From an uncultured Acidimicrobiaceae bacterium (GTDB lineage Bacteria > Actinomycetota > Acidimicrobiia > Acidimicrobiales > Bog-793), in assembly GCA_963823945.1 (NCBI GenBank), contig CAWGNK010000003.1, forward strand, positions 581,732 through 645,731: a DNA stretch of 64,000 nt, read 5' to 3'. Under the pieces are notes generated by a model, which was given only the letters and a program-made list of their open reading frames with translations, was not told the DNA's origin and did not search any database. The stretch's first letter is position 1, and each line of letters begins with the position of its first letter. Below are positions 55,413 through 64,000 of this stretch, piece after piece. A program made the position numbers and the translations under genes.

Positions 55413-57080
55413 TCAGGCGTGCGGGCCGTAGACCGATCGCCAGTTGGCTACCGAGGGCCGGAAACGCCCCGCCGGACCCCGTCCGAAAAGCGCGAATAGG
55501 TTGCCGGTGATCCGCCGGGTGGCCGTGGCCGGGCAGTCCCGCGTGCCTCGTGGACAGGGAGTGAGGGACCCGATCCAGGAGGTCGCGCCACTGTCGAAGA
55601 TCCCGGCACGGCTCGTCGGGTCGGTCCAGTACGTCATGTCGGAGTAGATGAACCCCTGCGTGGCTCCCGTCTCGCTCACCGCGTCCGAGAGGCTGACCGG
55701 CGAGTGGGCGAGTATCTCGAGGTCACCGGGGTGGTCACCGGGGTCGAACTCGTCGAGGTCGCCGGTGACGACCCCCGGCACCTGCGAGCCGCGGCGGAGC
55801 CCGGTGCCGCGGAAGATCCACGCAGAGGCGTCGGCAGCGACAACGAGTGGCCCGGGCCTCGCGCCCGGCAGCAGGTAGCCGACGTACTGCTCGCCGACGA
55901 ATCCGATCTCGGGCCAGTTGGCCGGCGGCGAGCTCCAGGTGTTCTCGGTCACCTCGAGTGGCTCGCCCTTGCCGTAGAGGGGGTCCTCCGTCGGGTCGCG
56001 GTAGTCGACCTCCTCGCGGTCGGCTCCCAGGGGCGAGGCCTGGAGCCGCACGTGACGGAGGATGGCGCTCGCCCCGAAAAAGATCATGTTGACGCCGTGG
56101 GCCTCGGCCCGGTCCGCCGCCCGGCGTTCGGTGAGCGACCAGCATTCGTCGTGGCCGAGGGACAGCATCGCCCGATGCTCTCCCAGCAGGGCGGGATGCT
56201 GCTCGACGGTCGCGTCCGTGACGTAGGTGACGTCGAGGCCCTCCTGCTCGACGAAGCGGATGAGCGGGTACTCGCTGCCGAGGAAGTCACCGGCCCCGTC
56301 GCCGTAGTCGTAGGGACGGTCGAACGAGACGACCCGGGCGCGGTTGCACGGCGGATACCCGCCTTGAGGACAGGTGCCCTCGCCGCCGTAGAAGTCGTAG
56401 CCCCCGTACAGGTTCCAGGCCTGCCAGGTGTAGACGTCGTTCTTCACGAGGTAGGCGGCCGTGCTGGTCGGGTCCCAGACGGTCAGCGGGACGTAGCTTG
56501 CCTGTCCGCCGCTCCCGACGAGCTTGAGCAGGTAGTCACCCTGGACGAAGATGCGGGTGACCTTGAACTCGAGCGTCGGGGTCCAGTTGTCGCAGGCGAC
56601 CATGTTCGTCACCGCAGTCCGCGGGCAGGGCGGCTGCTGACGCCCGGCCACCTCGGGCGACCGCCAGACGAGGCGGGCACCCCTGCCCTGGTAGTAGCCC
56701 ATCCGGTAGGCGTCGACGTGCAGCCGCGATGCGGTCGTGGTCACGTAGAGCGTGACGTGGTCGCCGTGCGCCGCATACGTTGTGGAGGCGAACCCGGCGA
56801 TCGACCCCGGTGTGCCCGGGCGGATCTCCCAGTCCCGGGTCCCGGGTCGCTTGTTCTCCTCGATCACCCAGCGCGCCTGCATCCCGTCCGGGCCAGGCGA
56901 CGTCGTCGGCAGGTGGCCCACCGACGGAGTTGGCTTGTGCCGGCCGTTCCGCGGCGCGGCCGCGTCCCGGCTCCTCGCCGCCGTGGCGCCGGACACGGGC
57001 GTCGCGCATGCCAGTCCGGCGGTGACGGCGACGGCGACGGCGATGTAGGTGACACGACGTTTCAGGACCACGTTGCCCAT
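55413..57080 (-). CDS. secreted N,N-dimethylformamidase beta-subunit-like family protein
   Basis: ATG 57080 has GGAAGG upstream. A signal-like segment (VTYIAVAVAVTAGLACATPVSGA) is present. The family assignment rests on remembered similarity of segments such as DVYTWQAWNLYGGYDFY, MLSLGHDECWS and NMIFFGASA, so confidence is moderate. Confidence 0.65.
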   Translation of the reverse strand: MGNVVLKRRVTYIAVAVAVTAGLACATPVSGATAARSRDAAAPRNGRHKPTPSVGHLPTTSPGPDGMQARWVIEENKRPGTRDWEIRPGTPGSIAGFASTTYAAHGDHVTLYVTTTASRLHVDAYRMGYYQGRGARLVWRSPEVAGRQQPPCPRTAVTNMVACDNWTPTLEFKVTRIFVQGDYLLKLVGSGGQASYVPLTVWDPTSTAAYLVKNDVYTWQAWNLYGGYDFYGGEGTCPQGGYPPCNRARVVSFDRPYDYGDGAGDFLGSEYPLIRFVEQEGLDVTYVTDATVEQHPALLGEHRAMLSLGHDECWSLTERRAADRAEAHGVNMIFFGASAILRHVRLQASPLGADREEVDYRDPTEDPLYGKGEPLEVTENTWSSPPANWPEIGFVGEQYVGYLLPGARPGPLVVAADASAWIFRGTGLRRGSQVPGVVTGDLDEFDPGDHPGDLEILAHSPVSLSDAVSETGATQGFIYSDMTYWTDPTSRAGIFDSGATSWIGSLTPCPRGTRDCPATATRRITGNLFALFGRGPAGRFRPSVANWRSVYGPHA

Positions 57081-57440
57081 CCTTCCCGGTCCGCGGAAAC
57101 TCCCCGCCGGCCGGCGGGACCTGCGAGCAGCCGGACCGGGCCCCCGCGGGCAGCAGGGTCGATCAGGGCGCGCCGGATGGAACGGCGGCACCAGGTCACG
57201 AGATCTCCTGGCATCGGGCACTGGCGTGGGCTAAGGGTCCCCATACGACGGGAACGACACTATGTCGGCGGGATCCGGGCCTGGCGTCGCCGGCCGGCCC
57301 GTCGGACGGCCCCAGCCCGTCGCTCGCCCGTTCTGTCGATCGCACGCGCGGCAGGCGATCGGCGCGCCCTGACGGCATGTGACCTCGGGTTCCGCCGTGT
57401 GACAGGGCCATGGCGCATGATCACGCCACGATGGGCCCCC

Positions 57441-57499
57441 TGGTAGGATTTTTCGAACTAATCGGATCGTCTCGCGACAGTCCTGAGGATTGTCGCGAG
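57441..57499 (+). promoter_or_regulatory. candidate extended -10 (TGgTAGGAT, 57441-57449) followed by a perfect 9-bp inverted repeat (57471-57479 / 57491-57499) upstream of the GGDEF-EAL gene
   Basis: An AT-rich patch (tggtaggatttttcgaactaatc) stands out in G+C-rich surroundings. CTCGCGACA-(11 nt)-TGTCGCGAG lies 82 nt upstream of ATG 57581. Confidence 0.4.
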
Positions 57500-57580
57500 T
57501 TCGGCGGGATGAGGGGGCAGTTCGGGGCCCTCGCACCGTCCGGTATTCAAGCCACCGCACATTGTTCTGTGAGGATCTCG

Positions 57581-59441
57581 ATGCCAAGACGGCCGAAGTC
57601 GAATCCCGGGGACCCGGGCCCAAAGCTCTCGCCCGACGAGATCGAGCTCCTCTGCATGCGCAACCTGCTCGACCTGCCCGGCGAGCACATCTTTTTCAAA
57701 GACCTCGAAAGCCGTTTCCTCGCCGTCAGCCGGGGACTGCTCGAGGACCAGCTGCCGGGATGGGCGCTGGCGGACGTCCTCGGCAAGACCGACTTCGACA
57801 TCTTCAGTGAGCCGCACGCCGTCGCCGCCTTCGAGGAGGCTCGAGGACCAGCTGCCGGGATGGGCGCTGGCGGACGTCCTCGGCAAGACCGACTTCGACA
57901 TCTTCAGTGAGCCGCACGCCGTCGCCGCCTTCGAGGACGAGCAGCGGATCATCCGGACCGGTGAGTCGATCGTCGGCAAGGTCGAACGGGAGACCTTCCG
58001 CAACCGCCCCGACGTCTGGGTGTCGACGACGAAGTTCCCCCTGCGGGATGCCGAGGGGCAGATCATCGGCACCTTCGGCATCTCGCGGGACGTCACCGCC
58101 CAGATCGTGGCGGAGCAGGCCCTCACCTACCAGTCGCTCCACGATGCGGTGACGGGCCTCGTCAACCGCGTCGCGCTGCGCGACCGGCTCTCCCAGGCCC
58201 TCGCGCTGCTCGAGCGCCAGCCCGGCCAGATCGCGCTTCTGTTCATCGACCTCGATGACTTCAAGACGATCAACGACTCGTTCGGCCACGAGACCGGCGA
58301 CAAGGTGCTCATCGAGGTGGCGCGGCGCCTGTCGAGCGTGGCGCGGCGCGCCGACACGGTCGCCCGCCTCGGTGGCGACGAGTTCGTCATGCTCTGCACG
58401 GCGCTGCGCGCCGACGACGACCCGCGCCTGCTTGGCGAGCGGGTCGTGCACAGCGTCGCCAAGCCCTACCTCGAGGCCGGGCTCGACCTGTCGATCACGG
58501 CGAGCGTCGGGATCGTCCTTACCGCCGACCCGCTCGCCGACCCAGGCGAGCTCCTCCAGGACGCCGACATCGCGATGTACCGCGCCAAGGACAGCGGCAA
58601 GAACCGCTTCCAGGTCTTCTCACCCTCGCAGCGGGCCCGGGTCGTCGCCAGCCACGTCCTCGAGCGGGAACTGCGGGAGGCCCTCGACGCCTCCCAGCTC
58701 TTCCTCCTTTACCAGCCGCTCTTCTCGATCGAGGACCGCAGCCTGCGTGGCGTGGAGGCCCTCGTGCGCTGGAACCACCCCACCCGGGGGATCGTGCCGC
58801 CGCTCGAGTTCATCCCGTTCGCCGAGGAGCGCGGCCTCATTACCCGGATCGACAGCTACGTCCTCGACGAGGCCTGTCGCCAGCTCAGCGCTTGGCTCGA
58901 GGAAGGGGGCTGGTCGGACGAGTTCACGATGGCGGTGAACATCTCCGGGCGCCAGCTCGTCGACCCGAGCTTCGCGGCCTATGTCGCCAAGACCCTCGCG
59001 CAACATGGGCTCGAGCCCTCCCGGCTCTGCCTCGAGATCACCGAGACGACCCTCAACGGCGAGGCCGGCGACGTCGAGGCGACGCTGGAGGCCCTCTCCG
59101 AACAGGGCGTCCGCCTCGCCATCGACGACTACGGGACCGGCTACTCGACGCTCGCCCACCTCCACCGGCTGCGGGTCGACATCTTGAAGATCGACCGCAG
59201 CTTCATCGAGCAGATCGGCCGCACCGAGCGTGACTCCGAGATCATCGCCGCCGTCACGGCGATGTCCCACGCGCTGGGCATGTCGGTCATCGGCGAGGGG
59301 ATCGCGACGAGCGAGCAGCTCGACGAGCTCGCTTCGCTCGACTGCGACCAAGTCCAGGGCTTCCTGTTCGCCCACCCGCTCCCGGCCGCGGGCATCGCCG
59401 AGTTCCGGCACGGCGCGGCAGCGCGACCCGCCGCCAACTAG
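57581..59441 (+). pseudogene. PAS-GGDEF-EAL c-di-GMP turnover protein, reading frame broken by a 100-nt tandem duplication
   Basis: ORF 57581..57910 carries the N-terminal part of the PAS domain. ORF 57807..59441 carries the rest of PAS, GGDEF (ARLGGDEFVML) and EAL (GVEALVRWNHP...). The two share the duplicated peptide LEDQLPGWALADVLGKTDFDIFSEPHAVAAFE. Deleting 100 nt gives one 586-aa ORF (1761 nt). Confidence 0.8.
57739..57937. repeat. direct tandem duplication, period 100 nt (99 identical positions per copy)
   Basis: 57739-57837 equals 57839-57937 base for base, with a single g at 57838 between the copies. TCGAGGA lies at both unit ends. Confidence 0.95.
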
Positions 59442-59627
59442 TCCGGTCCCACCTCCCGGACGAACCGCCGTCGGCGCCGCACCCGGGCCGTCGGGGCTGC
59501 CCGGCCGGTACCCGCCCGGGACCTTGTCCCCTGGCCACCCGGCGCGCCGCTCCCAAGACTTGCCCGAAGTGCGACCGGTACCCGTGAGCGGCGACGAGGC
59601 GCGCCTCCAGGGGACGGGGCCGGCGCG

Positions 59628-61340
59628 ATGAGATGGCCCGGGCGGGGCCAGGCGACCGCCGCGGACGGAACCGGGTTCGCCGGTCGCCCCGCCGACGGCG
59701 CCCAACGACAGGAACGGTCGCCCACCGGCCTGATCCCCCCGTCGTCGCCGGTGTCCGGGTCCGGGCCCAACATCCCGCGACGTGACCGGCACCGCGAGCT
59801 CGTCGTCGTGGTCGTCGTCGTGGGCGTCTTGATGGCCGCGGTCGACACGACGATCGTCGTCCTCGCGCTTCCGGCGATGGAACGGTCCCTGCACATCGCG
59901 CTCTCGGCCGTCGTCTGGGTGATCGTCGCCTACATCCTCGTCGTCACGATCCTGGCGACCCAGGTCGGCCGTCTCGGCGACATGTTCGGCCGGACACGCA
60001 TGTACGAACTCGGCTTCCTCATCTTCGTCATCGGTTCGGCTCTGTGCGCGACGGCCACGAGCGAGGCGACGATCATTGCCTTCCGCATCGTCCAGGGCGT
60101 CGGCGGCGCGTTCCTCACCGCCAACAGTGGCGCGGTCCTGGCCGACGCGTTCCCCAGGCAGGAACGGGGGAAGGCCTTCGGTTACAACGCGATCGGCTGG
60201 AACGCGGGCGCCATCCTCGGGATCCTGATCGGTGGGTTCATCATCACCTATGCGTCGTGGCGGTGGATCTTCTGGATCAACGTGCCCGTGGGGTTGGCGG
60301 CGCTGGCACTCGCGCGCCAGGTCCTGCGCGGCGACGCGCCGCGCCAACGGCAGCGGCTCGATCTCGTCGGCATGACCCTGTTCGGCGCGGGGTTGTTCGG
60401 CGTGCTCTGGGCAATGACGAAGCTCGCGACGTCGCGACTTTCCGGCCCGCTGCTCGCCGCCCTCGTCGGTGGGGCACTCGTTCTCGTCGCTTTCGTCGTC
60501 GTCGAGCGCAACCGGGCCGAGCCGATGGTCAACCTGCGGCTGTTCCGGATACCGACGTTCGCCCCCACGCTGCTTGCCGCGCTCTTCCAGGGGCTCGCCA
60601 ACTTCGCCGTGCTGTTCCTGGTCCTCATGTATCTCCAGGGTGTGCGCCACCTCACCCCCCTCGACGCGTCGTTGCTGCTGGTGCCGGGGTATCTCGTCGG
60701 GGGCGTGATCGGGCCGATCTGCGGCCGGCTGGCGGACCGGTTCGGCGCGGTCTGGCCGGCGACGCTGGGCCTCGGCGTCGAGATCCTCGCGCTCGGCGTC
60801 TACTCCCAGCTGACGACCACGACCCCCCTCGCGGTGGTCACCCTGGCGGCCGTGCTGAACGGGCTCGGCGCCGGTGCCTTCATGCCGGCGAACAACTCGG
60901 CGGTGATGAAGCTGGCTCCGGGGCGGGACTTCGGGATCGCCTCGGGGATGACGCGGACGTTCGCCAACGTCGGGATGGTGTTCTCGTTCTCCGTCGCGGT
61001 TCTCGTGGCGGCGCGCTCAATCTCGCGCGGGCTCGCCTTCGCGATCTTCGTCGGCACGACGAGCCTGCCCCGTCGGCTGGGTCCGGCGTTCACCACGGGT
61101 CTCCACGCCGCCTTCTTCTCCTCGATCGGCTTCATGGCGCTCGCCGCCGTGCTTTCGGCGACGCGGATGCTCGGGTCGCGCCGGCGCGCCGCCCTGGCCC
61201 ACGCCGACGGGGGCGCGCCTGGCGGCCGGGGGCGCGAGCCGGGCGACGGTCAGGCGGTCCCGGCGACGGCGCCGGGGGCCGACGACGGGCTCTTGGCCGG
61301 CGGGCGGGGTTCACCCCCCGAGCCGGGGAATTGTGGTTAG
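59628..61340 (+). CDS. MFS transporter, DHA2 (EmrB/QacA, 14-TM) family
   Basis: The motifs LMAAVDTTIVVLALPAM, LGDMFGRTRMY and RIVQGVGGAFLTANSGAVLADAFP are present, with many TM helices. The start could be later (for example a GTG near 59750). Confidence 0.85.
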   Translation: MRWPGRGQATAADGTGFAGRPADGAQRQERSPTGLIPPSSPVSGSGPNIPRRDRHRELVVVVVVVGVLMAAVDTTIVVLALPAMERSLHIALSAVVWVIVAYILVVTILATQVGRLGDMFGRTRMYELGFLIFVIGSALCATATSEATIIAFRIVQGVGGAFLTANSGAVLADAFPRQERGKAFGYNAIGWNAGAILGILIGGFIITYASWRWIFWINVPVGLAALALARQVLRGDAPRQRQRLDLVGMTLFGAGLFGVLWAMTKLATSRLSGPLLAALVGGALVLVAFVVVERNRAEPMVNLRLFRIPTFAPTLLAALFQGLANFAVLFLVLMYLQGVRHLTPLDASLLLVPGYLVGGVIGPICGRLADRFGAVWPATLGLGVEILALGVYSQLTTTTPLAVVTLAAVLNGLGAGAFMPANNSAVMKLAPGRDFGIASGMTRTFANVGMVFSFSVAVLVAARSISRGLAFAIFVGTTSLPRRLGPAFTTGLHAAFFSSIGFMALAAVLSATRMLGSRRRAALAHADGGAPGGRGREPGDGQAVPATAPGADDGLLAGGRGSPPEPGNCG

Positions 61341-63752
61341 GTGAGGCCCATGCCACGGCTGCCCCAAGACGCCGCCGCCCGCGCCGGGAAGACCCCGACG
61401 CCGGCACCCGCCGGCGCCGACCGGCAGTTTGCACCTGACGCCCTGCCGGGACCGGATATCCGGCCGCTGCCCGAGACGCTGCGCTACCGGCTGAAGAACG
61501 CCCTCCTCGGGCCGCCACTGGCGACGGAGCGCCAGACGACCGAGCGGTTGGGCAAGGTGGCCGGCCTCGGGGTCCTCGCCCCGGACATGATCTCGTCCTC
61601 CGCCTACGGCACGGAGGAGATGCTCACCCAGCTCGTGCCGTTCTTCGGCGTCGCGGCGTTCGCGCTCCTCATCCCGGTGACGCTCGTCATCCTCGGGATC
61701 CTGCTTTTCGTCACGCTGTCGTACCTGGAGGTGATCAAGGCCTACACGAAAGCGGGCGGCTCGTACGTCGTGGCGCGGGACAACTTCGGCCCGCGCACCG
61801 CCCAGGTGGCGGCCGTCGCGCTGCTCATCGACTACACCGTCACCGTCGCCGTGCAGTGCACGGCGGGTACGGACTCGCTCACCTCGCTCGTGCCGCGGCT
61901 CGTCCCCTACACGGTGCCCATCACCGTCGCCGTGATCATGGTCCTTTGCTACGGGAACCTGCGCGGCATCCGGGAGGGGGCCAAGACCTTCGCGCTGCCG
62001 ACCTACCTGTTCATCCTGGGGCTGGGCGCGGTCGTCGTCGTGGGCTTCGTGCGCGAGGCGATCGGCGACGTCCCGGCCCAGATCTCGCGCCATGCCGGCA
62101 TGCTCCCGTTCGGTTCGCACAGCGGGCTGATCGCCTTCGCCGCGATCACGGTGATCCTGCGCGGCGTCGCCAACGGTGGTTCGTCGCTCACCGGCCTCGA
62201 GGCCATCTCGAACTCCGTGGGGGCGTTCCGCCGGCCCGAGGCGCGCAACGGCCGGATCACGCTCGTGATCATGAGCTGCGTGCTCGGCTTTCTGGTGCTG
62301 GGAGTGACCCTGCTCGCCCACTGGTCGCACGCCTCGCCCTACGCGGCGGGATCCCCCACGGTCATCGCCCAGGTGGCGGGGTGGGTGTGCGGCGCGAACG
62401 GGGTGGGGCTCGCGCTGCGGGACCTCGTCGTCGTCGCGACGATGCTGATCCTGTTCACGGGCGGCAACACGAGCTTCAACGGCTTCCCGTACCTGGCGAG
62501 CTTCGTCGCCGCCGACTCGTTCCTACCCCGGCAGCTGACGCGGCGGGGACACCGGCTGGCGTTCTCCAACGGCATCATCGTGCTCGCCGTCGTCGGGGTC
62601 GCGCTGGTGGTGGGGACGAACGCCAGCCTCACGAGCCTGGTCGCGCTCTACGCGATCGGCGTGTTCACGGGGTTCACGATGGCCGGTGCCGGGATGGTGA
62701 AACACCACCGGACCCATCACGAGCCGGGCTGGAAGTACCGCCAGGTGATCAACGGCTTCGCCGCCGTGCTCTCGGCGGTCGTCGTGCTCATCTTCGCCGT
62801 GTTCAAGTTCACCGAGGGCGCCTGGCTCGTCGTCGTGCTCGGGCCGGTGCTCTACTTCCTGCTGCTGCGGCTCCACCGCCAGTACGCGACCGAGTCCAAG
62901 GAGCTGGAGGAGGGGGCGGCGCAGGCCTGCGAGGCGCCGGTGCTCCGGCGCCACGTCGTGCTCGTCTTCGTCGACCGGCTCGACCTCGCCGCCGCCCGGG
63001 CGGTGCAGTACGCGCGCACGCTGAATCCGGACGAGTTGCGGGCGGTGCACTTCGCGGTCGACCCGCGTGAGGCCGCCAAGCTCGAGACCGAGTGGAGCCG
63101 GCTGGGGCTCTCGCGGCTGCCGCTCGACATCTTCGACTGCCCGGACCGGCGCCTGTCGCGTGCCGCCCTGGAGCTCGCCGCCCAGATCCTCGCCCAGGAC
63201 GACACCGAGCTGTCGATCGTCATGCCCCGGCGGGCTTTCGCGACGGCCTGGCAACGGATCCTCCACGACCGCTCGGCCGACCGGATCGCCGAGGCGGTCT
63301 CCCAGCTGCCGCACGCCAACGCGACGATCGTCCCCTTCCAGCTCTCCAGCGCCCGCGTGCGGACCCGGGCGCGGGCGCTCCTCGAGCGCACGGCGACCCG
63401 CCACGCGCGGCCCGCCGCGCCCGCGAGCGACGAGCTGAACCCGAGGGTCTCCGGCACGACGCCGATCGGCGAGGCGCGCTGGCGCGCCCGGGTCCGCGTC
63501 GCCGGCCGGATCCACTCGGTGCGCGTGCCCGCCGGGGGGGCGACGGCCAACCTCGAGTGCACGCTCGTCGACCCGTCCGGGGCGATCCTCCTCGTCTTCC
63601 AGGGCCGCCGGCACATCCCCGGGGTCCAGCAGGGTGCCCGGCTCGTCGCCCGCGGGATGGTCGGCGCGTGGCAGGGGCAGCTCGCGATCCTCAACCCGAT
63701 GTACGAGCTCGTCGCCGGGCCGGACGTGGCCGGGACCGAGACCCCGGGCTGA
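61341..63752 (+). CDS. APC-superfamily permease with cytoplasmic C-terminal extension fused to an OB-fold domain
   Basis: 803 aa. The permease core is LAPDMISSSAYGTEEML...KAGGSYVVARDNFG...LLIDYTVTVAVQ. The conserved extension is HVVLVFVDRLDLAAARAVQYAR. The last approximately 110 aa are IGEARWRARVRVAGRIHSVRV...LVDPSGAILLVFQGRRHIPGVQQGARLVARGMV...LAILNPMYELV. Confidence 0.85.
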   Translation: MRPMPRLPQDAAARAGKTPTPAPAGADRQFAPDALPGPDIRPLPETLRYRLKNALLGPPLATERQTTERLGKVAGLGVLAPDMISSSAYGTEEMLTQLVPFFGVAAFALLIPVTLVILGILLFVTLSYLEVIKAYTKAGGSYVVARDNFGPRTAQVAAVALLIDYTVTVAVQCTAGTDSLTSLVPRLVPYTVPITVAVIMVLCYGNLRGIREGAKTFALPTYLFILGLGAVVVVGFVREAIGDVPAQISRHAGMLPFGSHSGLIAFAAITVILRGVANGGSSLTGLEAISNSVGAFRRPEARNGRITLVIMSCVLGFLVLGVTLLAHWSHASPYAAGSPTVIAQVAGWVCGANGVGLALRDLVVVATMLILFTGGNTSFNGFPYLASFVAADSFLPRQLTRRGHRLAFSNGIIVLAVVGVALVVGTNASLTSLVALYAIGVFTGFTMAGAGMVKHHRTHHEPGWKYRQVINGFAAVLSAVVVLIFAVFKFTEGAWLVVVLGPVLYFLLLRLHRQYATESKELEEGAAQACEAPVLRRHVVLVFVDRLDLAAARAVQYARTLNPDELRAVHFAVDPREAAKLETEWSRLGLSRLPLDIFDCPDRRLSRAALELAAQILAQDDTELSIVMPRRAFATAWQRILHDRSADRIAEAVSQLPHANATIVPFQLSSARVRTRARALLERTATRHARPAAPASDELNPRVSGTTPIGEARWRARVRVAGRIHSVRVPAGGATANLECTLVDPSGAILLVFQGRRHIPGVQQGARLVARGMVGAWQGQLAILNPMYELVAGPDVAGTETPG

Positions 63753-63825
63753 GCGCGCCCCGGCCCGCGGGCGGGCGGCGGCGCGAATCCGTCAGGAGTT
63801 GTTTCGGCCGCCGGGCCGGTGTTGC

Positions 63826-64000
63826 ATGGTGGCCGTGCACATCATCGTCGTCGGCTGCGGCAGGGTCGGGGCCGGGCTCTCGATCCGCCTCGCCGACCAG
63901 GGCCACTCCGTGTCAGTCATGGACCGCCTGCCGCGGGCCTTCCACCGGCTCCCGGCGGACTGGCCGGGCGAGATGATCGTCGGCTCCGGGTTCAGCCTCG
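63826..64000 (+). CDS. trkA: TrkA-family potassium-uptake NAD-binding protein; the 3' end runs off the window
   Basis: The N-terminus is MVAVHIIVVGCGRVGAGLSIRLADQGHSVSVMD (a GxGxxG Rossmann motif). Confidence 0.85.
   Translation, partial: MVAVHIIVVGCGRVGAGLSIRLADQGHSVSVMDRLPRAFHRLPADWPGEMIVGSGFSL

Overview
High-G+C (roughly 70% by eye, not computed) actinobacterial-type chromosomal window. About the first 36 kb and the last 12 kb are tightly packed housekeeping genes. Their order recalls Mycobacterium/Streptomyces: rpsT, then lepA-hrcA-dnaJ-rsmE, hemW, phoH-ybeY-CNNM-era, uppS-recO-glyQS, dnaG-rpoD, and an APC permease next to trkA. Many neighbours overlap by 1-8 nt (GTGA/ATGA type). A plus-strand block (cysH, an AddB/AddA-type helicase-nuclease pair, a DinG-like helicase) sits between era and uppS. 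Four tRNAs are present: Met-CAT, Asn-GTT, Gln-CTG and Glu-CTC. From just after tRNA-Glu (36546) to about 52.1 kb the sequence looks visibly less G+C-rich and much less densely coded. This stretch carries an nrtR-pnuC-nadR NAD salvage operon, hemolysin-III, three secreted beta-propeller proteins, a PfkB kinase, pfkA, a class I aldolase, an orphan KdpD-N/USP protein and unassigned membrane proteins. I found no rRNA, CRISPR array, transposase, integrase, toxin-antitoxin pair or recognisable defence or biosynthetic system, so I cannot point to a clearly novel multi-gene system. The most unusual items read directly from the sequence are five. (1) A near-perfect 100-nt-period tandem duplication frameshifts a PAS-GGDEF-EAL gene. 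(2) cysE and cysK are eroded beside tRNA-Met, and cysH lacks one Fe-S cysteine. (3) An APC permease is fused to the OB-fold domain that I recall as a separate gene next to trkA in other actinobacteria. (4) rsmE has no canonical start and lies in frame behind the dnaJ stop. (5) The tRNA-flanked block from 36.5 to 52.1 kb looks lower in G+C and is low in coding density. Most long ORFs in the track are antisense shadow ORFs typical of high-G+C DNA and were ignored.
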